Shown: piece after piece, positions 29,717 through 41,067 of the stretch | Position numbering within the stretch: position 1 is the first letter of the stretch | Layout: every line of letters begins with the position of its first letter | NCBI GenBank assembly: GCA_050953105.1 | Contig: JBMNMA010000009.1 | Coordinates: 54,364-118,363, forward strand | Length of the DNA stretch: 64,000 bases | DNA from: Eubacteriales bacterium | Lineage (GTDB): Bacteria > Bacillota > Clostridia > Oscillospirales > CAG-382 | Direction: 5' to 3' | Position numbers and translations under genes: made by a program | The notes under the pieces: generated by a model | The model's database searches: none | Told to the model about the DNA's origin: nothing | The model's input: the letters and a program-made list of their open reading frames with translations, nothing else

Positions 29717-29746
29717 ACTGCTGCATATATATGCGGCAGTTTTTTT
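29717..29746 (+). terminator. Intrinsic terminator
   Basis: ACTGCTGCAT atat ATGCGGCAGT followed by TTTTTT. Confidence 0.8.
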
Positions 29747-29916
29747 ATGTCCAAATCCGGCTGACATAGATACCGCAGGTATGCCGATTTTTAACCAAAA
29801 ATTTTAAAAATATAAAGCAGCATATTGACGCCCGGCATGGTAGGAAGGTATAATTTGACAAGTTATATAATAACAATAATACCTGAATGAATCTAAACTG
29901 AAAAGGGTGAACATTG

Positions 29917-30588
29917 ATGACAATAGAAGAACAGTTCAACCAGGTGGCAAATGGATACGATAAAAACCGCAGAAAGTTTATCCCCTGTTTTGATGACTTT
30001 TATAAAAGCGTTACCAAACAGATTTTATTCAATATCACCCCTCCAAAGCAGGTGCTTGACCTGGGGGCGGGGACGGGGCTTTTAACCTATTACTGGTATA
30101 GGGAATGCCCCACGGCAAGGTATGTGCTGGTGGACATTGCCGACGAAATGCTTGATATTTCACGCAAAAGATTTGCCGGAATTGACACCATAAAACACGA
30201 AATAATGGACTATACCAAGCATCTGCCGGAGGGGGATTTTGACGCCGTAATATCGGCGTTATCCATTCATCATTTGGAAGATAATCAGAAAGAGGACTTG
30301 TTTAAGCGTATTTATGACAAATTGCCGTCCGGCGGATTGTTTGTCAATTATGATCAGTTTTGTGCCGGAACCGATATAATGAACAGATGGTTTGATTCAT
30401 ATTGGGAAAAGCAGCTTTACGAAAGCGGACTGACAAAACACGATATAAAATTATGGACCGAACGGAGAAAATTAGACCGGGAATGCTCGGTTGAAAATGA
30501 GATTAAAATGCTTGAAAGATGTAATTTTTCGCAAGTTAAATGCCTGTATTCCTATCATAAGTTTTCGGTAATCGTTGCAATAAAATAA
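29917..30588 (+). CDS. Class I SAM-dependent methyltransferase
   Basis: SAM motif I VLDLGAGTG, followed by VDIADEML. Confidence 0.8.
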   Translation: MTIEEQFNQVANGYDKNRRKFIPCFDDFYKSVTKQILFNITPPKQVLDLGAGTGLLTYYWYRECPTARYVLVDIADEMLDISRKRFAGIDTIKHEIMDYTKHLPEGDFDAVISALSIHHLEDNQKEDLFKRIYDKLPSGGLFVNYDQFCAGTDIMNRWFDSYWEKQLYESGLTKHDIKLWTERRKLDRECSVENEIKMLERCNFSQVKCLYSYHKFSVIVAIK

Positions 30589-30777
30589 TCGAAATGAACT
30601 ATTAATATATCTTCGAGATATGTAAAAGCTTTATTCATACTCCGAAGGAAGATGCTAAAATAACCGACGAATGGATACACAATTATCTAAAAAGTGTAAA
30701 ACGACCTTTCTTTCTCTATATAATGGTAAAAATCGTAAAAATTACATAATGATGAAGCATTTAAAACATGGTGATAT

Positions 30778-31305
30778 ATGACAACAGGCATTATTGTATG
30801 CGGCTTAAACGGTTCGGGGAAGAGCACTCTTGGGAAAGCACTGGCTGAGAAACTGGGTTATAATTTTATAGATGCCGAGGACTTATACTTTAACAGGGAA
30901 GATGATGACTATAAATATGCCTTTTCCCGCAGCAGAGAAGAAGCCGAGGAACTGTTACTAAGAGAAATCCGGTCAAAGGGCAGCTTTGTTTTCGCTACCG
31001 TAAAGGGAGATTACGGGGGAAAGTTTGATCGTTTCTTTAATTTGATAATTGTAATAGATGTCCCGAAGGAAATACGCCTTAGGCGGGTATAAGAAAGGTC
31101 TTTTAATAAATACGGTGAAAGGATACTCCCCGGTGGGGATTTATACGAAAAAGAAAAAAACTTTTTTGACTTTGTTTCGTCAAGGTCGCCTGATACCGTT
31201 GAAAAATGGCTTGAAAAAGTAAAATGCCCGGTTATCAGACTTGACGGCACAAAAAGCGTTGACGAAAATGTGACTTTTATAATTGAGCAGATTAATATTA
31301 AATGA
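30778..31305 (+). pseudogene. P-loop kinase-like AAA ATPase with an in-frame TAA
   Basis: Walker A GLNGSGKST. The ORF stops at TAA 31090-31092, but the same frame stays open and protein-like to TGA 31303-31305 (ERSFNKYGERILPGGDLYEKEKNFFDFVSSRSPDTVEKWLEKVKCPVIRLDGTKSVDENVTFIIEQINIK). Confidence 0.7.
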
Positions 31306-31444
31306 AAATACAAAAATTCAAACCCTGCCTGACCTATATGCCGGCAGGGTAAAAATATATCCGGAGGGCAGTTTAATAAAAACCGTTGACATACTTGTTT
31401 GAAAAGTTAAAATGGTATGGACAACACACCGGGAGTATAAACGG

Positions 31445-31963
31445 ATGGAACTACTTAAAGAATTTATAAGAAACAAAGCCATCACCGACCTTAACGGAAA
31501 AACATATTACCGTAAGGCGGTCAGAGGGGTAATTATCAAAGACAACAAGCTACTCATGGTTTACTCCGCCAAGGACGGTGACTACAAGTTCCCGGGCGGC
31601 GGCGTTAAGGAGGGGGAAACCCTTATGGCAGCGCTTGCAAGGGAGGTAAACGAAGAAAGCGGCGCAAAGGTTATATCGGTAAATGGCGAGCTTGGCAGGG
31701 TGATTGAATTTGACCTTTCCATAAAAGCAGAATACGACATTTTCAAAATGGAGTCTTTTTATTATATCTGCGATGTTTCACCGGATTTCGGCAGCCAATC
31801 ACTGGACGATTACGAACAGGAATTAGGCTTCACCCCCGTATGGGTGGATATTGATGAAGCTATATCGGTAAATCAGGCTCTTATTTGTTCGGACAAGCAC
31901 CCCCGTTGGACACCCAGGGAAACATTTATGCTTGGGTTTATAAAAGATAAATTTATGCTATAA
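31445..31963 (+). CDS. NUDIX hydrolase
   Basis: Complete Nudix box GGGVKEGETLMAALAREVNEESGA. ATG 31445 follows GGGAG. Confidence 0.85.
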   Translation: MELLKEFIRNKAITDLNGKTYYRKAVRGVIIKDNKLLMVYSAKDGDYKFPGGGVKEGETLMAALAREVNEESGAKVISVNGELGRVIEFDLSIKAEYDIFKMESFYYICDVSPDFGSQSLDDYEQELGFTPVWVDIDEAISVNQALICSDKHPRWTPRETFMLGFIKDKFML

Positions 31964-32173
31964 CATCCGCTGCCGGCAAGAAGCGGATAAAATGAATATA
32001 TAATGACATCTAATAACTATTTTTGCTGTGGCTTTAATTGATTTAAAGCTGCGGCATTTTTGTTTTAGGGAAAATCAATGGCAGGTGAAACATATTTTAC
32101 TCAATAAAAGGTAAAATTGCCTTGATTTTTGTATTTTTTACATATATTATATGAATGATCGGGGGAAAAAGGC

Positions 32174-32989
32174 ATGAGAATTTTCGTTTGTGTCAAACAG
32201 GTGCCGGATACCACAAAGGTGGCAATAGACCAGCAAACCGGCACCCTTATAAGGTCAGGGGTTGAAAGCAAAACCAATCCCTATGATCTGGCCGCCCTTG
32301 AAACCGCCTTTGACATCCGTCAGCGTATAGGTGGGAAGGTGATTGCCATATCCATGGGGCCGCCCCAGGCTGCCGACGTGATACGGGAATCCCTTGCTCT
32401 TGGTGCCGACGACGGTATTCTTATTACCGACAAAGCCTTTGCCGGCTCGGACGTCCTTGCCACTGCCTACACCTTATCCCGGGCAATTACGGCTGTCGGT
32501 GGCAGTGATTTGATTATATGCGGCAAGCAGACCACAGACGGGGATACGGCACAGGTAGGCCCGGCTTTGGCGGAGTTTCTTGACATTCCCCATGCGGCAT
32601 GGGTGGTGGATATTCCGGCGGTGGACGAAAAGTCAATAACGGTTACCCATGACCTTACCGACCGTATTTTAACGGTAAAAATGAATTTCCCCTGCCTTAT
32701 TACGGTTGAAAAATGCCAAAAACCCCTGCATCTGCCGTCATACATACGCAAAAAACAGTTTGCCGGCAGGGAAATCACAGTTTTGAACCTTTCAGATTTT
32801 GACGATACAGAGCCAAGCCATTACGGATCATACGGATCTCCCACCAGGGTTGAAAAAATATTTCCTCCCACACCCACCGCAAAGCGGATAATGTTTGAAG
32901 GGGACTCTGAAAAGCTGGCGAAGGATTTGGCTAGGGTGCTGATAAATCATAAATTTATCGGGGGTGAGAATATACCATGCCGGGAATAG
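32174..32989 (+). CDS. etfB: Electron transfer flavoprotein subunit beta
   Basis: MRIFVCVKQVPDT...NPYDLAALE...ICGKQTTDGDTAQVGP is a canonical EtfB pattern. Confidence 0.9.
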   Translation: MRIFVCVKQVPDTTKVAIDQQTGTLIRSGVESKTNPYDLAALETAFDIRQRIGGKVIAISMGPPQAADVIRESLALGADDGILITDKAFAGSDVLATAYTLSRAITAVGGSDLIICGKQTTDGDTAQVGPALAEFLDIPHAAWVVDIPAVDEKSITVTHDLTDRILTVKMNFPCLITVEKCQKPLHLPSYIRKKQFAGREITVLNLSDFDDTEPSHYGSYGSPTRVEKIFPPTPTAKRIMFEGDSEKLAKDLARVLINHKFIGGENIPCRE

Positions 32990-34137
32990 TTATAAACCCC
33001 GATAAATGCAGCCTTTGCGGCAAATGCATTACCATTTGTCCCTTTGGTGCTATTGAATTAAAGGGTAAAAAACCCGAAATAAACTCTGCCTGCAAAGCCT
33101 GCAGGATATGTTTTAAAAGCTGCCCGTTTGGGGCGATTTCCTTAACAGAAGAAAAGCCGGTAGTTGATTTGTCCGACTGGCGGGATATTCTTGTTTTCGG
33201 TGAAATAAATCCCGAGGGGATTCATCCGGTAACCTTTGAGCTTATATGCAAGGGGCTGGAGCTGGCCGGAAAGGCAGGATATAACCTTCATGTGGTGGTG
33301 ATTGGCGACAGGGCGTCGAAAATGTCCGGGGAGCTTGAAAACACCGGTGTAAAAAGCATTATTGTTTACAACAACCCCTGCTACCGGCATTTTAACTGTG
33401 ACCTGTATGCCGACGCTTTTGCCGATGCCATAAGGCATATAAAACCCTCGGTGGTGCTGGTGGGGGGAACAGCGGTAGGGCGGTCCCTTGCCCCAAGGCT
33501 TTCCACCCGTTTTAAAACCGGCCTTACCGCCGACTGCACCAGGCTTGAAATCACCGAAAAAGGTGAGCTTATTCAAATCCGTCCCGCCTTCGGCGGTGAA
33601 ATTATGGCGAGGATTATTACCCCAAACACCCGTCCTCAGTTTGCAACGGTCAGATATAAAACCATGGACCGTTATCCCCTTTGCGGCAGCAGGGCAGAGA
33701 TTATAATTAGAAATCCCCCCACCCTCCGTTCTCGCATAACTATGCTGAAAGAGGAGGAAAAGCCGGCGATTGAAAGTATAACAGATGCCGATATAATTGT
33801 TGCCGGCGGCAGGGGGCTTAAAAGCGTAAAGGATTTTGCTTTGCTTGAGGGACTTGCCAAAAAGCTGGGCGGACAGGTAGCCGGCACCCGGCCGGTTATC
33901 GAAGCCGGATGGCTGCCCTACACCCGTCAGATAGGCCTTTCGGGGAGGACGGTCAAACCCAAGCTTATTATTACCTGCGGTATATCCGGTGCGGTGCAGT
34001 TTACCGCTGCCATGCAAAATTCCGGGTTGATTATTGCAATAAACAAGGACGCCGCCGCCCCCATTTTTAATATTGCCCATTACGGCTTTGTGGGGGATTT
34101 ATATGAAATTATACCGCTATTGGAAAAAGCGCTTTAA
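32977..34137 (+). CDS. etfA: Electron transfer flavoprotein subunit alpha with N-terminal 2x[4Fe-4S] ferredoxin domain
   Basis: N-terminal CSLCGKCITICP and CKACRICFKSCP. C-terminal EtfA FAD motif VAGGRG...GTRP...GLSGRTVKPKLIITCGISGAVQF. Confidence 0.9.
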   Translation: MPGIVINPDKCSLCGKCITICPFGAIELKGKKPEINSACKACRICFKSCPFGAISLTEEKPVVDLSDWRDILVFGEINPEGIHPVTFELICKGLELAGKAGYNLHVVVIGDRASKMSGELENTGVKSIIVYNNPCYRHFNCDLYADAFADAIRHIKPSVVLVGGTAVGRSLAPRLSTRFKTGLTADCTRLEITEKGELIQIRPAFGGEIMARIITPNTRPQFATVRYKTMDRYPLCGSRAEIIIRNPPTLRSRITMLKEEEKPAIESITDADIIVAGGRGLKSVKDFALLEGLAKKLGGQVAGTRPVIEAGWLPYTRQIGLSGRTVKPKLIITCGISGAVQFTAAMQNSGLIIAINKDAAAPIFNIAHYGFVGDLYEIIPLLEKAL

Positions 34138-34149
34138 GGGGGGAACACA

Positions 34150-35538
34150 ATGATAACCAATGAAGATAAAAACTTTTTTACTTCAATATGCGCTGCCATG
34201 AATCCCGCCGAAGCGGGAGATGACTTCACCCATGACGAAATGCCTATATACGGCTGCCATGTGCCGGATCTTATTGTTTTCCCCGAAAATACCAAACAGG
34301 TAAGCCAAATTATGGTCTACTGCCATAATAAAAAAATCCCCGTCACAGTGCGGGGCGCCGGTACGGGCCTTTGCGGCGGAGCGGTTGCCATAAAGGGAGG
34401 ACTTCTCCTTTCAACGGCTAAAATGAATAAGATAATAGAAGTTGACAAGGCAACCATGACCGCCACCGTTGAACCCGGTGTGGTGCTTATGGATTTCGCC
34501 TCATGCGTCTTGGAACAGGGGCTTTTTTATCCTCCCGAACCGGGGGAAAAAAGCGCATCTATCGGCGGCAACGTTATGACCAACGCCGGGGGCATGAAAG
34601 CGGTAAGATACGGCGTAACCCGGGACTATGTAATGGGCCTTGAGGTGGTGCTGGCCGACGGGCGGATACTTAATTTAGGGGGCAAGGTGGCCAAGAACTG
34701 CTCGGGTTATTCGCTGTTGCATTTATTTATAGGTTCCGAAGGCACTCTGGGGATAATAACAAAAATCATACTCAAACTGATTCCCAAACCCAAAAAAACC
34801 ATAAGTCTGCTGGTTCCCTTTTCGTCGCCGGAGGAATGCATATCCGCCGTCCCTAAAATTTTAAGTGCAGACATTCTGCCTACCGCGGTGGAGTTTATGC
34901 AGCGGGAGGTTATAGAGGAATCGGAAAAATACCTGGGAAAACAGTTTCCCGATAAATCCGCCGATGCATATCTGCTTATATCCTTTGACGGGGCAGACAG
35001 GGCGGATGTAACATCAAGGTGCGATGCGGCGGCAGAAATCTGCCTTGAATGCGGCGCAGCCGATGCTTTTATTGCCGACACCTCCGAGCGTCTGGCGGGG
35101 TTGTGGGAAGCAAGATCGGCATTTCTGGAGGCAATAAAATCATCCACTACCGAAATGGATGAATGCGACGTGGTGGTGCCAAGGGATAAGATTGCCGAAT
35201 TTGTAAGATTTGTCAGCCGTCTTGAGGCCGAGCAGCAAATGCGTATCCGCTATTTCGGCCATGCCGGAGACGGAAATCTGCATATTTACCTCTGCCGGGA
35301 TGAAATGCAGGAGGACGAATGGCTTAAAAGGCTTGATACCGTAATGGGTTTGCTTTATGAAAAAGCATGTCAGCTTGGCGGAAAGGTGTCAGGCGAGCAC
35401 GGCATAGGACACGCAAAAATAGACTATCTCCGCTTGTCGGAGGGGGATTTGTATATGGAGCTTATGGCGAAAATTAAAAAAGCCTTTGACCCCGACAACA
35501 TTCTCAACCCCAGCAAGGTGGTGGGTGGACTTGACTGA
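34150..35538 (+). CDS. FAD-binding oxidoreductase (GlcD / D-lactate dehydrogenase family)
   Basis: FAD-binding PCMH segments VTVRGAGTGLCGGAV and C-terminal GGKVSGEHGIGHAK...DPDNILNP. Immediately follows etfBA. Confidence 0.85.
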   Translation: MITNEDKNFFTSICAAMNPAEAGDDFTHDEMPIYGCHVPDLIVFPENTKQVSQIMVYCHNKKIPVTVRGAGTGLCGGAVAIKGGLLLSTAKMNKIIEVDKATMTATVEPGVVLMDFASCVLEQGLFYPPEPGEKSASIGGNVMTNAGGMKAVRYGVTRDYVMGLEVVLADGRILNLGGKVAKNCSGYSLLHLFIGSEGTLGIITKIILKLIPKPKKTISLLVPFSSPEECISAVPKILSADILPTAVEFMQREVIEESEKYLGKQFPDKSADAYLLISFDGADRADVTSRCDAAAEICLECGAADAFIADTSERLAGLWEARSAFLEAIKSSTTEMDECDVVVPRDKIAEFVRFVSRLEAEQQMRIRYFGHAGDGNLHIYLCRDEMQEDEWLKRLDTVMGLLYEKACQLGGKVSGEHGIGHAKIDYLRLSEGDLYMELMAKIKKAFDPDNILNPSKVVGGLD

Positions 35539-35559
35539 AAATTATAAAGGCGGTTTTAT

Positions 35560-36108
35560 ATGGCTATAAGATATATTGCCCTGCTGCGTGGCATAAACGT
35601 AGGCGGAAAAAATCTGATATCAATGAAAGACTTAAAGGAATTGTTCCAAGAAAACGGATATGGTGATGTTACCACATACATCAATTCCGGTAACATTATC
35701 TTTTCAAGCGAAAATGAAGACACCGATTTTCTTAAAAACCACTGTGAAGCATTGATACGGGAAAAATTCAATATTGATCTTTCACTTTTGATATTAACCG
35801 CTGATGAGCTTATTCAAATAGCAGCTAATGCCCCCAGCTGGTGGGGAACGGATGACAATTCAAAACATAACGCAATATTTGTAATTCCCCCGGCAACATC
35901 TAACGAGATCTGCTGGGAGGTTGGCGAGGCAAAGCCCCAGTATGAAAAGGTTTCTGCCTTCGGTCGGGTAATATTCTGGTCTGCGCCTCTTGAAACCTTT
36001 TCCCGCACCCGCTGGTCAAGAATAGTGGGAACACCTGCCTACGGCAAGGTTACAATAAGAAACTCTAATACTGTAAAAAAACTGGCTGATCTGTTTAAGC
36101 CGGAATAA
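35560..36108 (+). CDS. DUF1697 domain-containing protein
   Basis: YIALLRGINVGGKNLISMKDLKELF...TYINSGNIIF signature. Confidence 0.75.
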   Translation: MAIRYIALLRGINVGGKNLISMKDLKELFQENGYGDVTTYINSGNIIFSSENEDTDFLKNHCEALIREKFNIDLSLLILTADELIQIAANAPSWWGTDDNSKHNAIFVIPPATSNEICWEVGEAKPQYEKVSAFGRVIFWSAPLETFSRTRWSRIVGTPAYGKVTIRNSNTVKKLADLFKPE

Positions 36109-36121
36109 TGAAAATAATCAT

Positions 36122-36149
36122 GAGCGGATTGTTCCGCTCTACTTTTTTA
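36122..36149 (+). terminator. Intrinsic terminator
   Basis: GAGCGGA ttgt TCCGCTC followed by TACTTTTTTAT. Confidence 0.7.
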
Positions 36150-36332
36150 TCCTTATATGTTGCTATTATAATACAAAAAGTAAGATAAATAGTTAAATAG
36201 CACATGCAAATATAAAATGTAGAAATATATTTAATTTTGCAAAAATAATTCTTGCTTTTTTCAAAAAGTGTGTTACTTTGAAGATAAAATTTGGTTATTG
36301 ACAATGGGTTTTATTAATAAACGGTGGTTTAC

Positions 36333-37394
36333 ATGAAACGGACAGTTATTGTTATACCCGCCTTGGATCCGAATGAACGAATATGCATTCTTGTCGGAGA
36401 TTTGGTAAAGGCCGGATTTTCCAATATCGTCATAGTTGACGACGGCAGCATGGAAGATAATAAAAAATATTTCGAAATTCTTAAAGCCAACTACGGCTGC
36501 CGTATACTTAAACATGCCGTTAACATGGGAAAAGGCCGGGCATTAAAAACCGCATTCAACTATGTTTTAAACGAGTTTCCCGACACCGCCGGTGTGGTTA
36601 CCGCCGACTGCGACGGTCAGCATACGGTAGAGGATATTATAAAATGCTCAAATGAACTGGAACAAAACCCGTCATCCCTTATTATGGGAGTGCGGGATTT
36701 TTCAAAGGACAATGTTCCCTTCCGCAGCCGTTTCGGCAACATTGCCACCGTCTATGCCATGCGGTTTTTCTGCGGCATCCGTCTGTCTGACACCCAAACG
36801 GGACTAAGAGGTATCCCAATAGAATTTATGTCCCATCTGCTTAATGTCAGTGGTGAAAGGTTTGAGTTTGAAACCCATATGTTAATTGCAACCAGGGATT
36901 ACGGTGTAAAAATAACCGAAGTTCCCATTTCCACAGTTTACATAAACAATAACTCCTCCTCACATTTCAGACCGCTTACAGATTCACTAAAAATCTACTC
37001 GATATTTCTTTATTTCATAGCTGCCTCCCTAATATCTTTTATTGTTGATATCGGCGTGTTTTCCCTGACTCTACCCCTGTTTTTTGGTCTTACCGGCGTT
37101 TATTATATCTGGTTTGCCACCGGTTTTGCCAGGGTTGTATCCTCGGCGGTAAATTACGCCATAAACCAGCGGCGGACATTTAAAAACAGAGCTAAAGTAA
37201 GGGACAGCATGCCGAAATATTTTACCCTCTGCCTTGTTCAGATGGCTGCATCCGCCGGTCTTGTATCTCTTTTCCATTCGGCTTTGGGCGGGAGCGAAAC
37301 ATTTATTAAAATAATCATCGACACTCTGCTGTTTTTCGTAAGCTTTCAGATTCAAAGGGCATGGGTGTTTAAAAAGAATAGCAAAGTTGATTAA
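36333..37394 (+). CDS. Family 2 glycosyltransferase fused to a GtrA-like membrane domain
   Basis: N-terminal VIVIPALDPNE...VIVDDGS...TADCDGQH (GT-A/DxD region). The C-terminal 4-TM segment ARVVSSAVNYAINQRRTFKN is typical of GtrA-like proteins. Confidence 0.8.
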   Translation: MKRTVIVIPALDPNERICILVGDLVKAGFSNIVIVDDGSMEDNKKYFEILKANYGCRILKHAVNMGKGRALKTAFNYVLNEFPDTAGVVTADCDGQHTVEDIIKCSNELEQNPSSLIMGVRDFSKDNVPFRSRFGNIATVYAMRFFCGIRLSDTQTGLRGIPIEFMSHLLNVSGERFEFETHMLIATRDYGVKITEVPISTVYINNNSSSHFRPLTDSLKIYSIFLYFIAASLISFIVDIGVFSLTLPLFFGLTGVYYIWFATGFARVVSSAVNYAINQRRTFKNRAKVRDSMPKYFTLCLVQMAASAGLVSLFHSALGGSETFIKIIIDTLLFFVSFQIQRAWVFKKNSKVD

Positions 37395-37414
37395 ATTTTT
37401 CGGAGGTTTGAATT

Positions 37415-39514
37415 TTGGACGCAATCAGTAAAATAACCCAAAAAAGCAGCGAAGGCATTGACACCGAAAATGCAGATATGCGGCGTTATATAAAGCTTTT
37501 ATGCGGGTTCTGGCTTATAAGCGTTGTTGTTCGCTTTATTATCGCCCTAAGCACCAGTGTTACCCCATCCATAATGCCCGATGAATCCCTTTATTTTCAA
37601 ATATCCGACTCTTTAGCCGGGCTGGGGCGGGTTTATTTCAGGGGACAGCCCATTAACTACACCTACATAACCTATCCGCTGCTGCTTGTCCCCCTCCATT
37701 GGCTTTCAAACAGCATTAACATTTTCCGGGCTATTCAGCTTGTAAACGCCATGATTATGAGCGCCGCCGTTTTCCCCGCCTTCTATCTCGGGCGGATGAT
37801 TACAAAGAGCAACAAACGTGCTCTGGTAGTGGCATTGATAACCCTCCTTGCCCCCGACATGGCAATGATTAACCATATAATGACCGACGCCCTAGCCTAC
37901 ACCCTGATAATACTTACCCTTTACATTGCGGCAAAGGTTGTTGAAAGCAAAGAAAAAACCAAACACCCCTATATATTAGGCGGCCTTGCCTTTTTAGTCT
38001 ATACCGTCAAGCCCGGATATATAGCCATTGGTATTGCGGTTGTGGCCTGCCTGTTATTTAATGCCTGGCTTGACCGTGACAAGGAAAGAATTATTCAGGC
38101 AATTAAGGTTGCCGGGACAATGGCAGTGCTTTACATAATATGGCGGCTTTTCTTAGGAATTGTTTTAAAAGTTGATTTTGAACTAGACAGCCTGTATCAA
38201 ACCCAGACGGCGGCTTTGTCCTTTGAAACCATTAAGAAATTTTTTAGCGGTCTGTTATTATATGCCATATATATCCCCGTGGCATTTCTGCTTTTCCCCA
38301 TAATTCTGCCTTTGGCAAATTACAAGCTTTTTTCCAAAAACACAAGAAGCATTCTTTCGATTGTTTACTTTTCACTGTTTTTCGTTATCCTCGGAGCAGT
38401 TTACATAATTTATGTTGATGAAATCGGCAGCAACCCCTATGCGTCCCGGATACACGCAAGATATGTGGCCGCATTCCTGCCTGTACTTGTAGCCTTCTGC
38501 ATGGCACCGGAGCTGAAAAAAGCCAAATTCGGCACCTTTGCCGCAGTATCAACCCTGGGAGTGTTATCAGGTCTTTACCTGCTAAAGGATTATCCCATAA
38601 ACTCCACCAGACAGTATCCCGTTGACGCAATGCTTTTATCCTATTACACCACCGACTCGGTGTATTTTAACGGCAAGCTGCTTGTCCCGATGTTTTGTAT
38701 TCTTTTCTTTACCGCCATGGCTTATTATATCTACAAAAAAGGGCTGACTGTGGCTGCCACAAGGGTTTTGATAAGCGTCATTGCAGTGGTGTTTATAATA
38801 AACGGTATATTTGCCTACGACATGAACAAGCACAGCATGAGCCTTGAGTATGCAGCCGACGCAAAACAGGTGGTTAAAATGGTGGGTGGACGTAACGCCC
38901 TATTCGTTGCCGAGGACGGCGCGTATATGTGGCAGCCTGCTATTGCTTTAGACAATGCATCCCGCGGGGAAATTTATGTAGATGAATTAGATGACGCCGT
39001 TTCCAACACCTACGTTACCGGCAGCTTCGGTAATTTCGTTCCTAAAAACTATTGGATGGCGGTGTCCCAAAACAAAATTCCAAAACCCGATGCAATAATC
39101 GTTAACTATAACTTTTTTGATTCAAACGTGGTAAACCCCAACGCCAAAATCGAATACACCGACAACAAATATTATGCCGTAATAACACCCCCGGAAAACG
39201 GCCCGTGGCTCCATTCCTCCCTTTCGGGAACCAACCAAAACTGGGTGGTTAAGGGAAGCCGGCTTACGCTGTTTGACCCTGCTGTATTGTCCGGGGGGAC
39301 GGTTGTGTTTTCAATCCAGGCCCGGGCAGGAGAGGGAACTTCGGTTTTAACCTGCTTCTGCGGTGAGAGCAAAATAGTATTCAACCTTGACACCGATTAT
39401 GAGTGGTATAGCATTGAGGTGCCGAATTTTGACACAAATTCGCCCCTTTCGGTTTATTTTGAAAATACATCCGGCAATGTGTTTATTAAGACATATCTAA
39501 TAGGAAATCGTTAA
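37415..39514 (+). CDS. GT-C fold membrane glycosyltransferase (ArnT/PMT-like) with C-terminal extracytoplasmic domain
   Basis: About 12 hydrophobic helices. The first-loop acidic motif PDESLYFQISDS resembles the DE..Y motif of ArnT/PMT enzymes. TTG start 8 nt after GGAGG, 20 nt after the upstream stop. Confidence 0.65.
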   Translation: MDAISKITQKSSEGIDTENADMRRYIKLLCGFWLISVVVRFIIALSTSVTPSIMPDESLYFQISDSLAGLGRVYFRGQPINYTYITYPLLLVPLHWLSNSINIFRAIQLVNAMIMSAAVFPAFYLGRMITKSNKRALVVALITLLAPDMAMINHIMTDALAYTLIILTLYIAAKVVESKEKTKHPYILGGLAFLVYTVKPGYIAIGIAVVACLLFNAWLDRDKERIIQAIKVAGTMAVLYIIWRLFLGIVLKVDFELDSLYQTQTAALSFETIKKFFSGLLLYAIYIPVAFLLFPIILPLANYKLFSKNTRSILSIVYFSLFFVILGAVYIIYVDEIGSNPYASRIHARYVAAFLPVLVAFCMAPELKKAKFGTFAAVSTLGVLSGLYLLKDYPINSTRQYPVDAMLLSYYTTDSVYFNGKLLVPMFCILFFTAMAYYIYKKGLTVAATRVLISVIAVVFIINGIFAYDMNKHSMSLEYAADAKQVVKMVGGRNALFVAEDGAYMWQPAIALDNASRGEIYVDELDDAVSNTYVTGSFGNFVPKNYWMAVSQNKIPKPDAIIVNYNFFDSNVVNPNAKIEYTDNKYYAVITPPENGPWLHSSLSGTNQNWVVKGSRLTLFDPAVLSGGTVVFSIQARAGEGTSVLTCFCGESKIVFNLDTDYEWYSIEVPNFDTNSPLSVYFENTSGNVFIKTYLIGNR

Positions 39515-39574
39515 GCAATTATGAATCATAACTGTAAAACAGTATGAGATAAAAAAATATAAAGGAGGTTAATT

Positions 39575-40777
<1,203 letters not shown>

Positions 40778-40794
40778 TTGTTAACCAATAATAA

Positions 40795-40821
40795 AACGCT
40801 GCGTTTTTACGCAGCGTTTTT
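40795..40821 (+). terminator. Intrinsic terminator
   Basis: AACGCTGCG ttttta CGCAGCGTT followed by TTTG. Confidence 0.8.
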
Positions 40822-41067
40822 GTTATGGATGTTACCTTAATTTTTCCACTTTGCTTTATGTAAATCATATAAAACGCAAAAAGACTTGCATTAAGTTTAA
40901 AAGCACCGTTAAGCGGCGCTTTTACTTTTGCCGGATATAAATTTGGTTGACATTTATTAAAACACATATATTATAAGAAATATAAAACACAGCAATTTTG
41001 GAAAAGCAAAACAATAAAATTCATGTAAAATATAATCACCGCGGTAAGATTGTAAAAGGAGGAGAAA

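Noticed and set aside
31090-31092. Alternative genetic code (TAA reassigned) as the explanation for the in-frame stop
   Set aside because: TAA terminates many well-defined genes in this window at the expected positions, and a single occurrence is better explained by a point mutation.
31323-31349. Hairpin CCCTGCC…GGCAGGG after the ATPase pseudogene as a terminator
   Set aside because: There is no U-run on the plus strand. The T-run exists only in the minus sense, where no gene ends. It is left uncalled.
33142-34080. 312-aa minus-strand ORF
   Set aside because: It is antisense to etfA, whose motifs are canonical. The translation is Gly/Pro/Lys-rich nonsense.
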